Shown: in pieces, positions 39,601 through 45,881 of the stretch
Layout: every line of letters begins with the position of its first letter
How positions within the stretch are numbered: position 1 is the first letter of the stretch
NCBI GenBank assembly: GCA_000092065.1
Contig: CP000591.1
DNA: 64,000 nt
Source: Ostreococcus lucimarinus
Lineage: Eukaryota
Strand: one strand, 5' to 3'
The notes under the pieces: generated by a model
What the model was told of the DNA's origin: nothing
The model's database searches: none
The model's input: only the letters and a program-made list of their open reading frames with translations
Made by a program: the position numbers and the translations under genes

Positions 39601-40278
39601 GTCGTCGGTCACGCGTGCACGCCGTGTCCGCCAGGTCATGAACACCCGGCCGGCGACGACGCCACCGGTGGTGATACGCAATGCAGCGCCGTGTCGTGCG
39701 GGCCCAACATGCACGTCCAAAACCACGTGTGCACGGCGTGCCCGGCCGGGACGTGGAACGATGAAGGCGATGACGCTTCCGGTGCGAACACGCAGTGCGA
39801 TCCGGTCATCTGTGAAGTGCACATGCGAGTGCACGATCACGCGTGCGTTGCGTGTGCGCCTGGCAAGGAGAACGAAGCCGGCGACGACGCCTCGCAAGGT
39901 AACACCGAGTGCGACGCCGTCATTTGCGAGCCGAATCATCACGTGGCGGGCAATGTGTGCACGGCGTGTCCCGCCGGTCACGCGCACGCCGGCGGCGACG
40001 TGCAGCACGGCCCTGATACGTCGTGCGACGAAGTGCTTTGCCACACGAACGAGCGCGTTCAAGACCACCAGTGCGTGGCGTGTCCTCCGGGCTCGACGAA
40101 CGCCGCCGGCGACGGCGTGGCAAGCGGCAATACGCAGTGCGACAGCACTATTTGCGGGGCGAACAGGTACGTATCAAACCATGTGTGCGTGCTTTGCCCT
40201 TACCAACACTATCGCGCCGCCGGCGACGACGCCACCGGTCCCGACACGGCATGTATACGATATTACGGTCTCGGATAG
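30610..40278 (+). CDS. giant cysteine/histidine-rich tandem-repeat surface protein (predicted type-II membrane protein; ~75 ephrin-receptor-like/GCC2_GCC3-like 38-aa repeats)
   Basis: A single uninterrupted 3,222-codon frame from the ATG at 30610. After ~55 aa a hydrophobic signal-anchor GTIAVGAMCVAIGVAIGSV is followed by a unique ~290-aa domain (YYVVAPEADEEVGYLGAPSDWPTGDRVTVDLHTGCSPIDALPFQRPGFDFD...). From ~31590 come ~75 back-to-back 38-aa repeats of the form C-D-x3-C-x2-N-x-R-V-x-x-H-x-C-V-x-C-P-x-G-x-x-N-x-x-G-D-D-A-S-x-x-D-T-x. The ORF-track extension back to 29512 overlaps ADAT1 on the other strand and is Arg/Ser/Pro junk. Confidence 0.75.
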   Translation: MTRVERVALLGRARDVEDGTLGAGGAFFGTNTARDGDGDDDGARERARERGGARRGRGTIAVGAMCVAIGVAIGSVTTSTREGGRTTGDVASVGANAPSGATSRAARGAEEANLGDATSLAIASVPADSWMSFSTGKVRKRKYPDSFYYVVAPEADEEVGYLGAPSDWPTGDRVTVDLHTGCSPIDALPFQRPGFDFDTVQARFVSKKLSMEFMFEDSQPMTKVGCGHFRATVELSKGWEFGFYLHANGDDSDENTMLDIGCETAVPGANNTKCPDFASPAMLATSECTDKFVCNHGLYTFWNRRYDGEQTSFLWGACGSECPHQDCGHMYCAANERVQNQACASCPPGTTNDAGDKNVGADTQCDPVICGAHMRVQDHNCVQCVAGKENEAGDDASQSNTECDAVICEPNHHVAGNVCTACPAGHAHAGGDVQHGPDTSCDEVLCHTNERVLGHQCVACPPGSTNAAGDGAASGDTQCDHTICPANMHVVGHVCTPCPPGMNHPGGDDAFFGDTSCSAILCQSNQRVLGHACVSCPPGTTNDADDDASGGDTQCDPVICGAHMRVQDHNCVQCVAGKENEAGDDASQSNTECDAVICEPNHHVAGNVCTACPAGHAHAGGDVQHGPDTSCDEVLCHTNERVLGHQCVACPPGSTNAAGDGAASGDTQCDHTICPANTHVVGHVCTPCPPGMNHPGGDDAFFGDTSCSAILCQSNQRVLGHACVSCPPGTTNDADDDASGGDTQCDPVICGAHMRVQDHNCVQCVAGKENEAGDDASQSNTECDAVICEPNHHVAGNVCTACPAGHAHAGGDVQHGPDTSCDEVLCHTNERVLGHQCVACPPGSTNAAGDGAASGDTQCDHTICPANTHVVGHVCTPCAPGRDHPGGDDATLGDTSCSAIMCGPNQHVVSHACTVCPAGMVNDANDDASGGDTHCDPILCPSNQRVQGHTCVQCAPGKTNAPNDDASRGDTECDITYCAANQRVQGHQCVACAPGTTNDAGDDASQVDTQCAPIICGAHMRVQSHACVQCVPGRENLAGDDASGQDTPCDEIVCEENHKVVSHQCVACPAGKIHTAGDVASGPDTSCDAVTCSTNERVQGHQCVACPAGTTNDGGDDASGGDTQCDPVICPAQTHVQNHVCEVCPPGHAHPGGDDASQGDTQCDAVMCGANYHVQDHHCVPCPTGKDNQANDNAAGADTECDIIYCAANQRVQNNVCTACPPGTINAGGDNAFDHDTTCDTVYCGVNQHVFENECVPCPAGMVNPSGDDATGPRTFCEPIICGAHMHVQNHQCVQCAPGDENLAGDSAAQHDTTCDEVTCSANEHVVSHQCTACPAGHAHAGGDVQHGPDTSCDEVLCHTNERVQGHQCVACPPGSTNAAGDGAASGDTQCDHTICPANTHVVGHVCTPCAPGYERLAGDDATGGDTQCSAVLCGANMHVQNNLCAACPAGTTNAAGDDASRGNSECDHTICEAHMRVQSHQCVACMDGKENLAGDDAAGGDTQCDEVICAADHHVLNHQCVSCPYGHAHAGGDVQHGPDTSCDEVLCHTNERVLGHQCVACPPGSTNAAGDGAASGDTQCDHTICPANTHVVGHVCTPCAPGREHPAGDDATGGDTQCSAVMCGSNMHVQNHVCTACPAGTTNAAGDDASGANTQCDPILCGANQHVLNHQCMQCPPGTLNDASDSAAGGNTQCDAVQCGCNQRVQGHQCVTCAPGTTNDAGDDASQGDTQCDPTICGAHMRVQDHACVACVDGRENLAGDDASQGNTQCDEIVCEENHKVVSHQCVACPAGKIHTAGDIASGPDTSCDAVTCSTNERVQGHQCVACPAGTTNDGGDDASGGDTQCDITRCTAHMHVQNHVCVQCPAGKENVAGDDASGGNTECDVVRCGANQHVVDHVCTACPAGTTNDEGDDASGANTQCDPVICELHMRVQNHQCVACAPGKENLAGDDASQGNTECDAVICSANEHVVSHQCTACPAGHAHAGGDVQHGPDTSCDEVLCHTNERVLGHQCVACPPGSTNAAGDGAASGDTQCDHTICPANTHVVGHACTPCPPGHEHPAGDDATGGDTQCSAVSCGPNMHVQNHACTACPAGTTNAAGDDASGANTQCDATICAHNKHVVNHECVPCPDGHEHPGVADASGSDTSCDVTLCGANQHVVNHQCMQCPPGTLNDASDSAAGGNTQCDTVQCGVNQRVQGHQCVTCAPGTTNDAGDDASQGDTQCDPTICGAHMRVQDHACVACVDGRENLAGDDASQGNTQCDEIVCEENHKVVSHQCVACPAGKIHTAGDIASGPDTSCDAVTCSTNERVQGHQCVACPAGTTNDGGDDASGGDTQCDITRCTAHMHVQNHVCVQCPAGKENVAGDDASGGNTECDVVRCGANQHVVDHVCTACPAGTTNDEGDDASGANTQCDPVICELHMRVQNHQCVACAPGKENEAGDDASQGNTECDAVICSANEHVVSHQCTACPAGHAHAGGDVQHGPDTSCDEVLCHTNERVLGHQCVACPPGSTNAAGDGAASGDTQCDHTICPANTHVVGHACTPCPPGHEHPAGDDATGGDTQCSAVMCGSNMHVQNHVCTACPAGTTNAAGDDASGANTQCDVTLCGANQHVVNHQCMQCPPGTLNDASDSAAGGNTQCDAVQCGCNQRVQGHQCVTCAPGTTNDAGDDASQGDTQCDPTICGAHMRVQDHACVACVDGRENLAGDDASQGNTQCDEIVCEENHKVVSHQCVACPAGKIHTAGDIASGPDTSCDAVTCSTNERVQGHQCVACPAGTTNDGGDDASGGDTQCDITRCTAHMHVQNHVCVQCPAGKENVAGDDASGGNTECDVVRCGANQHVVDHVCTACPAGTTNDEGDDASGANTQCDPVICELHMRVQNHQCVACAPGKENEAGDDASQGNTECDAVICSANEHVVSHQCTACPAGHAHAGGDVQHGPDTSCDEVLCHTNERVLGHQCVACPPGSTNAAGDGAASGDTQCDHTICPANTHVVGHACTPCPPGHEHPAGDDATGGDTQCSAVSCGPNMHVQNHVCTACPAGTWNDEGDDASGANTQCDPVICEVHMRVHDHACVACAPGKENEAGDDASQGNTECDAVICEPNHHVAGNVCTACPAGHAHAGGDVQHGPDTSCDEVLCHTNERVQDHQCVACPPGSTNAAGDGVASGNTQCDSTICGANRYVSNHVCVLCPYQHYRAAGDDATGPDTACIRYYGLG
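31700..33240 (+). repeat. higher-order repeat A: 570-bp unit (5 x 114 bp), ~2.7 near-identical copies
   Basis: The protein block CDPVICGAHMRVQDHNCVQCVAGKENEAGDDASQSNTECDAVICEPNHHVAGNVCTACPAGHAHAGGDVQHGPDTSCDEVLCHTNERVLGHQCVACPPGSTNAAGDGAASGDTQCDHTICPAN.HVVGHVCTPC... begins at 31702, 32272 and 32842 with essentially identical DNA. The antisense ORFs at 31798..32316 and 32368..32886 are letter-identical apart from one residue. Confidence 0.85.
35190..39600 (+). repeat. higher-order repeat B: 1368/1482-bp units (12 or 13 x 114 bp), ~3 near-identical copies
   Basis: The reverse-strand ORFs at 35902..36648, 37384..38130 and 38752..39498 translate almost identically (1-2 differences in 248 aa), spaced 1482 and 1368 bp apart. 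The forward protein repeats a ~460-aa block (CDPILCGANQHV.NHQCMQCPPGTLNDASDSAAGGNTQCD...CTACPAGTTNAAGDDASGANTQCD) three times. Confidence 0.85.
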
Positions 40279-40314
40279 ATGTTTAATTTTTAATAATACG
40301 TCCTAATAATCGAC

Positions 40315-40372
<58 letters not shown>

Positions 40373-40407
40373 GGCGCGCATCAAAACGCGACGCTCGAGT
40401 CGACGCG

Positions 40408-40911
40408 ATGCGCGCGTCCGCGCGCGTCGCGAGCGCGCGCGCGGTCGTGAAGCGCGAGCGCGACGCGCGATCGACGCGCGCGCGCGCGTTCGTGCCGCCC
40501 ATCGTCCCGAATCCGCGCCAGGGCGACGACGACGCGAATGCTGACGCGGCACCGACGCTGCCGAACATCGAACGCGCGCTGGCGCCGCACGGATGGGCGA
40601 TCGGCGCCGAGCGAGGGTACGACGACACGCCGCACGCGTTCAAGATATTCAAAGTGCGCGATGGGCATCACACGCTGGAACAGCTGCAAGAGGCGCTGTA
40701 CGTGAGCGACGAACGAGGGTGTCGGATACGACGCGAGACGCAGTCGTTGTTTTACATGTGCTGCGATGGCGTGCGGTGTCGGTTGAACGAGGGGAAGAAA
40801 GAGATCGTGGTGGAGATGCCGTGTGATTTGGACAGCGTGGGAGCGTACGTGGCGAAGGCCAAGGTGATTGAGGACATCATTAAGAGTTCTCAAAAGAAGA
40901 GGGCTTCGTGA
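40408..40911 (+). CDS. hypothetical small protein (possible Cys/His zinc-finger-like)
   Basis: ATG at 40408. 167 aa with a Cys/His cluster ERGCRIRRETQSLFYMCCDGVRCRLNEGKKEIVVEMPCDLDS. No family recognised. Confidence 0.3.
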   Translation: MRASARVASARAVVKRERDARSTRARAFVPPIVPNPRQGDDDANADAAPTLPNIERALAPHGWAIGAERGYDDTPHAFKIFKVRDGHHTLEQLQEALYVSDERGCRIRRETQSLFYMCCDGVRCRLNEGKKEIVVEMPCDLDSVGAYVAKAKVIEDIIKSSQKKRAS

Positions 40912-41036
40912 GCGGGCGGCGAGGTTGTAAAACATTCAACATTTTTCTAAAATATGCGTGGTGGCTAATCGATCGTTCGTTCTTTCGTTCTTTCGTTCGT
41001 TTTCTCGTTCGTCCGTCCGTTTTTGTTACTAGGTGA

Positions 41037-44000
41037 TCAACGACTCGCGCTTCCTCGGCTAGAACGCCGCGGCGTTCGGCGGGGCGTCGGGGTTGGCACG
41101 ACGACGGGCGCTTTGCTCGCGCTTCGCGTGAGACGAACGGCCTCGTCGGCGAGCGATTGCGCGTTCTCATCGTTCCAATCGTCGTCCATGCTCAATCTGG
41201 GCGGATCGTATTGCGACGCGGGTTCTTGCGAAGCGTGAACCTCGTCCCATGGCATCTCGTCCACCAAAGACTCGGCGTTTTCGGGCACGCCCGTGAGTGC
41301 TCTCGCGCGCGACTTCAACGACGCGATGATCGAGCGCGATCGATCGTCTCGCGAGCCACAAAATCGCTCCAAATCGCGCGACGCAACCGAAATGCGATGG
41401 ATGCCTGGCGTTTGCGCCGCTAACGTCACCGAAACATTTTCGATCGGCACGCGCGCGACGTAGACGCCGTTGTCCGCGTCGTAATGTTGGAACTCCAAAT
41501 TTCGCAAAACGAGCGGCGGTCCACACTCGTGCCGCGCTTCGGTGAATAACTTCGTGGATGGCATCCAATCATCCGCCTTGACAAAGCTGTCATCGTCGTA
41601 TCCAGTAATCTCTACCGCCAAAAGGTGCGGACGCGCCGCGTTCGGAGTCGTCGAATCGAGGACGGATGAATCAAAGCAAAATATCCATTGCGACAGTCGA
41701 CCGCGTTGTGTCGATCGTGGAGGCCCGCAGTGTAAAGTACACGCCACGGCGTCGAATTCTTTGCGCACTAGACCCGATCGCGACAAGTCAGCCAAATCCA
41801 CGGCTGCGCGCACGCTCAAGCAGCGCCATTCATGCTCGCTGTGCTCGAGTTTTTGCGCGGCAATATCTTCCTGCGGGATCGGGGTCCAACGCGTGTAGCG
41901 CGTGGTGGATAAACTTAACTCGCCCTCGATAAACGCGTTCGCGCGTGGTTTGATTGCCGTCACCGCAAACGACTGTCCTGGCTGCGCCGCATCGACGAGT
42001 GCTTCGTCCGCGTCCCAAATCGTAAGAATCGCACTCGTCGATCCGCGGGTGATCGGCCCTCGATATGATTCGTGCTTTGACGACGGCATGAAGCCGACAA
42101 CGTTCAGACGAAGAACCGCGCTCGTACGACGATCGTATAGATTCTTCTCTTGAAGCGCCTCGCGAATCGCTCGCTCTTGATCGACTTCGCTGCCCCAACC
42201 TCCGATGCGATTGTGCATTGCGTCTTGCAACTCGTGCAAGACGCTGTCACGAGCGCGCTGCCATTCAGCATGCGCTCGACGCTCAGCGATTTCGCAACGC
42301 AATACGTTCTTGTCTGCATCCCTACGTTCTTGATGCATCATGGGATACGCGTGTCGGACATGAATCAACATACGCGGCACGACGCCGCCGTCGGGCACCA
42401 CTGAACGCAGGGGTATCGTGAGATTGTACGTGACGCGTCCCAAAGCCGCATCCCACGGCGCGAGCCGCGCGCCGTTCACGTGCAGGCATACGTACGCCAT
42501 CTCTGCATCGTCCGACAGTGGTGACACCGCATCCGTGACACCTCGTAGCTCGGCACCGACAACAAATATTTTGTACCCGACGCGCAAGCGTCCTTCGCGC
42601 ACCGCTCGCGTAAGCTTCGCGTCCAGCCGCGCGCGAACGCTATACCATCCATCCGAAATTTCGATTTCTGACATCGTAGGTACATTACCGATACCGGAAG
42701 CGGTCGTCATCGATCGAATCGCGCTCACGACGTACACTGCCGGCGCGCCTGGGTTTTCATCCTTTTCTAAAATCCTCCTCACGTGCGGTCGCTCCGCGCG
42801 GTTAATTTCGCGTTCATACTTGTACAACATGCGCTGCAGCACGGCGGATTCGCTCAAGACGCCGAAAGCATACTTTTCTGGAAACGCTCGCGCCATGCAT
42901 GCTTGTGTCCACACGATCCACTTGTACGCATTCGCCACCCACTCGTTCGTCAGAGACGCGTCGCTCGCGCCGGCTTTAATCATCAACTCGCGCATCTCTC
43001 GCCAACCAACCAGGCCGCGTTCGACGCTTGGCAAGCGCAATGACTTCGCGGTATCGGCGTTGAGCGTCGCGACGCACGTGTCGACGAACGCTGGGCGAAC
43101 TTGAAACGGGAGCAAATTATTGAAGAATGTGCAGAGCGGCGCTCTCATGCCCATGCGAACGCGCGCGGCGAATAAGTCGTGCACGGCAACACCCACGGAC
43201 GCACCAGTGCCATCGTGGCGCGATCTCTTCGCTTGTCGCGGTGCACTCGCCGCCGTTCGCGCGCCGAGTATTGACATCGGCGGCGTGAAAGCCGTCGTGC
43301 TCTTCATCGGCGGCGTGAACCCGGGCGCCTTCGATGGCGCCTTGCGAACCGCCGGGAGCGACTTCGGCGTCTTGAACGACGGCTGCGGGAACGCCGCACG
43401 CACTGGCGTGTTTTCATTCCCGACTTCCGCGAGAAAAGCGCGCGACTTCTTCAACGCCGCCTCGCTCAGCTCTAAAGTCGCGCCCGCGGCGGTCTGGAAC
43501 ACCAAACCTCCGCCGCCGCTCGCCGCGGGCGGCGTTGCGGCGGCGGCGCTCGGTCGCTCTCGACCAGACGACGACGGGTCGTTTTCATCAACGTCCGCAA
43601 ACATCGCGCGCGCGCGTCGTTTTACGTCTTCAGACACCGCGATGCTCGCACCACCGCCGGTTTGAAAGACCAAGCCCTTGGGCGCCGCCGACGTAAACAC
43701 GCCCCCGCTCTCCGCTCTCGTCGTCGCCGGCGTCTCGATCGCGGCTCGAAACGTGAACGCGTCTTCGTACGCCTCGTCGTCGTCATCAAATCTAGGTTGC
43801 TCGTCGGTTCGAATCGCGCCGTTCGCGCGCGCGATGACGCTCTTCCCACTCGCCGTCGTGAGCGTCACCGAATCCGGCGCCGGCGCGTCTAAATTCGCGT
43901 ACGGCGTCGCCGATCCCGCCATGTGTCGTTGCATGATCACGAACGGGCTCTGCGCCATCGCCGTCGCTCGCGCGCTCGGTCCCGGCGCCGACGCCGGCGC

Positions 44001-44693
44001 CCGTCGCCGACTCACCGGCGTCACCGCGTCCGCGTCGTCGTCCTCGTCTCTCAAATACATGAACCCCTTCCCTCTCGCGCGCCGCGCCGCCGCCGCCGTC
44101 TCCGGCGTCGTCCGCTGCGTCTTCGGCCACGCCGGCGTGTGCGCGAACGGGTTCCCGCACCTCGCGAGCGCGCCCACGCTCACTCCCGGCGACGGCGCCG
44201 GCATCGCCCCGAGCCCACTGATCGACGGACTCTCCCTCGCGCCTCGCGCTTCGTCCGCGTCGTCCGCGTCGTCCGCGTCGTCCGCCGTCCTCACCGCCTC
44301 GTCGTCCCGCACCTCCGTCTCCGGCACCACTCGCCCCGACCGTTCCATCGAGTCTTTCGCGCCCCTTCTCGCGTCGCCGTCGCCCTTTTCGCGCGTCTTT
44401 TCCGCCTCGGCGTCTCGCGCGCGTTCGAACGCGTCGACAGCTCCCGCGCCGTTTGAATCTCTCCTCGAGTTCGTCGTCGCCGTCGTCGCCGCTCGCGCCC
44501 GCGCGACGTACGCCGCGCACGCGGGCTCATCGCCGTCGTCGAGCGCGCCGAGCGCGTCGCACAGCGGCGTCGCGCGCGTCGCGCGCGTCGCCGCATCGTC
44601 GTTCGGTCGCGCGTCGTTCGGTCGCGGCGCGCGCTCGACGTCCCAGCGCGCTTCGCTCGCGCGCGCGCGGCGCCGCGCGACGAGGCTCGGCAT
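41037..44693 (-). CDS. BRCA2: BRCA2-like DNA repair protein (BRC repeats + C-terminal DNA-binding/OB region)
   Basis: Several BRC-repeat-like units of the F.TASGK.V..S..AL..A..LF type: LTTASGKSVIARANGAIRT; GGVFTSAAPKGLVFQTGGGASIAVSEDVKRRARAMFADV; GGGLVFQTAAGATLELSEAALKKSRAFLAEV. The C-terminal ~600 aa fit the BRCA2 helical/OB-fold region (WVANAYKWIVWTQACMARAFPEKY...LQRMLYKYEREINRAERPHVRRILEKDENPGAPAVYVVSAI...). ATG at 44693; the N-terminal third is low-complexity. Confidence 0.6.
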   Translation of the reverse strand: MPSLVARRRARASEARWDVERAPRPNDARPNDDAATRATRATPLCDALGALDDGDEPACAAYVARARAATTATTNSRRDSNGAGAVDAFERARDAEAEKTREKGDGDARRGAKDSMERSGRVVPETEVRDDEAVRTADDADDADDADEARGARESPSISGLGAMPAPSPGVSVGALARCGNPFAHTPAWPKTQRTTPETAAAARRARGKGFMYLRDEDDDADAVTPVSRRRAPASAPGPSARATAMAQSPFVIMQRHMAGSATPYANLDAPAPDSVTLTTASGKSVIARANGAIRTDEQPRFDDDDEAYEDAFTFRAAIETPATTRAESGGVFTSAAPKGLVFQTGGGASIAVSEDVKRRARAMFADVDENDPSSSGRERPSAAAATPPAASGGGGLVFQTAAGATLELSEAALKKSRAFLAEVGNENTPVRAAFPQPSFKTPKSLPAVRKAPSKAPGFTPPMKSTTAFTPPMSILGARTAASAPRQAKRSRHDGTGASVGVAVHDLFAARVRMGMRAPLCTFFNNLLPFQVRPAFVDTCVATLNADTAKSLRLPSVERGLVGWREMRELMIKAGASDASLTNEWVANAYKWIVWTQACMARAFPEKYAFGVLSESAVLQRMLYKYEREINRAERPHVRRILEKDENPGAPAVYVVSAIRSMTTASGIGNVPTMSEIEISDGWYSVRARLDAKLTRAVREGRLRVGYKIFVVGAELRGVTDAVSPLSDDAEMAYVCLHVNGARLAPWDAALGRVTYNLTIPLRSVVPDGGVVPRMLIHVRHAYPMMHQERRDADKNVLRCEIAERRAHAEWQRARDSVLHELQDAMHNRIGGWGSEVDQERAIREALQEKNLYDRRTSAVLRLNVVGFMPSSKHESYRGPITRGSTSAILTIWDADEALVDAAQPGQSFAVTAIKPRANAFIEGELSLSTTRYTRWTPIPQEDIAAQKLEHSEHEWRCLSVRAAVDLADLSRSGLVRKEFDAVACTLHCGPPRSTQRGRLSQWIFCFDSSVLDSTTPNAARPHLLAVEITGYDDDSFVKADDWMPSTKLFTEARHECGPPLVLRNLEFQHYDADNGVYVARVPIENVSVTLAAQTPGIHRISVASRDLERFCGSRDDRSRSIIASLKSRARALTGVPENAESLVDEMPWDEVHASQEPASQYDPPRLSMDDDWNDENAQSLADEAVRLTRSASKAPVVVPTPTPRRTPRRSSRGSASR

Positions 44694-44775
44694 CGCGCGT
44701 CGGCGGCCGCGCGCGCGCGCGGCGCGAGGCGCGCGCGACGGTGTGCGGCGTCACAGCGCGGTGCGCGCGGATTCG

Positions 44776-45684
44776 ATGCGCGCGACGCTCGCGCGAAGCC
44801 TCGTCGCGCGCGCGGCGCGCCGCGCGCCCGGACGCGCGCGGTCGCGACGCGCGATGTCGCGCGCGCGATCCGCGAGCGACGCGGGCGCGGAGGCGCTCGC
44901 GGAGGCGCTCGCGAGGCACGAATCGCGCGCGGCGCGATTGTCGTTCGCGGAGGAAGCGCGCGTGATTCTCGACACCAACGGCTGCGGCGCGCTGTCGACG
45001 CTGGGAAACCAACGCGCGGGCGTCTTGGCGGGGTTCCCGTGCGGGAGCGTCGCGGCGTACGCGAGCGATGAGGACGGGCTGCCGATCTTCGCGCTGAGCG
45101 CGCTGTCGCAGCACGCGCGAGACGCGAGGGAAAACGGAAAGGCGACGCTCACGGTGACGCGCGCGGAGTTCGAGGACGTGAGCGACGGGAGAGTGTCGAT
45201 GAGTGGAATCCTGACCGAGGTCGACGCGGGCGAGGCGACGGCGCGGGCGCGAGCGCGGTACCTGGCGCGGCACCCGGGGGCGTTTTGGGTCGATTTCGGC
45301 GACTTCGCGTGGTACAAGATGACCGAGGTCGTGGCGATTCGCATCGTCGGAGGGTTCGCGCGCGCGGGGAGCGTGACGGTGGAAGAGTACGCGAATGCGC
45401 GACCGGATCCGGTGGCGGCGTTTTCGGCGCCGGTGTGCGGACACATGAACGCCGACCACGGGGACTCGCTTCGCGACGTGGTGAAGCACTACGTCGGCGT
45501 GGACGTGGATTCGGTCGAGATGCGCTCGATCGACGCGCTCGGGATGAACTGTCGCGTCGTCAAGGATGGCGAAAAGTACGCGTGTCGCCTACCGTTCGAA
45601 AGCGCGGCGACTGGGCGCAAAGAAGTGAAGGATCAAATCGTATTGATGACGCGAAACGCCGCGGCGGCGGCGAACGCGCAGTAA
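44776..45684 (+). CDS. FMN-binding split-barrel (pyridoxamine-5'-phosphate-oxidase-like) + DUF2470 protein, i.e. the glutamyl-tRNA-reductase-binding-protein (GluTRBP)/HugZ-like family, with transit peptide
   Basis: ATG at 44776. Basic Ser/Ala/Arg-rich presequence, then ARVILDTNGCGALSTLGNQRAGVLAGFPCGSVAAYASDEDGLPIFALSALSQHARDARENGKATLTV (split-barrel-like), then the DUF2470-type motif VCGHMNADHGDSLRDVVKHYVGVDVD. The ORF-track extension to 43678 is antisense to BRCA2 and not coding. Confidence 0.5.
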   Translation: MRATLARSLVARAARRAPGRARSRRAMSRARSASDAGAEALAEALARHESRAARLSFAEEARVILDTNGCGALSTLGNQRAGVLAGFPCGSVAAYASDEDGLPIFALSALSQHARDARENGKATLTVTRAEFEDVSDGRVSMSGILTEVDAGEATARARARYLARHPGAFWVDFGDFAWYKMTEVVAIRIVGGFARAGSVTVEEYANARPDPVAAFSAPVCGHMNADHGDSLRDVVKHYVGVDVDSVEMRSIDALGMNCRVVKDGEKYACRLPFESAATGRKEVKDQIVLMTRNAAAAANAQ

Positions 45685-45881
45685 AATCGACGTCCTCCGG
45701 CGGCGACGTCGAGCCTCGCGATCGACATCGACGCTCCATCACCGAAGCGACGCGCGTCACCACCTAATCTTTATGTTTATCGCGACACCGCGACGATTCG
45801 TTTCCATCCGCGCGCGCCTTCGCGCGTTCGCCCCGCGTCGCGTCGCCTCACACCGCGCCCTCCGCCGCGCCCTCGCGGTGC

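Larger units (their letters stand above)
31590..40260 (+). repeat. ~8.7 kb coding tandem array of 114-bp (38-codon) cysteine-rich repeats
   Basis: The Cys/His/Pro/Gly/DDAS pattern recurs with period 114 bp throughout. Identical antisense mini-ORFs recur at multiples of 114 bp (e.g. the 62-aa ORF at 31884, 32454, 33024, 35190, 36558, 38040, 39408). Confidence 0.85.

Noticed and set aside
31590-40260. CRISPR array or satellite DNA as the explanation for the regular 114-bp period
   Set aside because: The repeats are in frame and codon-structured, and their period of 38 codons with conserved Cys/Pro/Gly positions makes them protein-coding tandem domains. There are no unique spacers between constant repeats and no cas genes. 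The organism is eukaryotic.
43678-44775. N-terminal 366 codons of the 668-aa ORF 43678..45684, and the ORFs 43792..44520 and 44453..44965
   Set aside because: They are antisense to the BRCA2 coding region and Ser/Ala/Arg-rich. Only the segment from the ATG at 44776 (presequence + split-barrel + DUF2470) looks like a protein.
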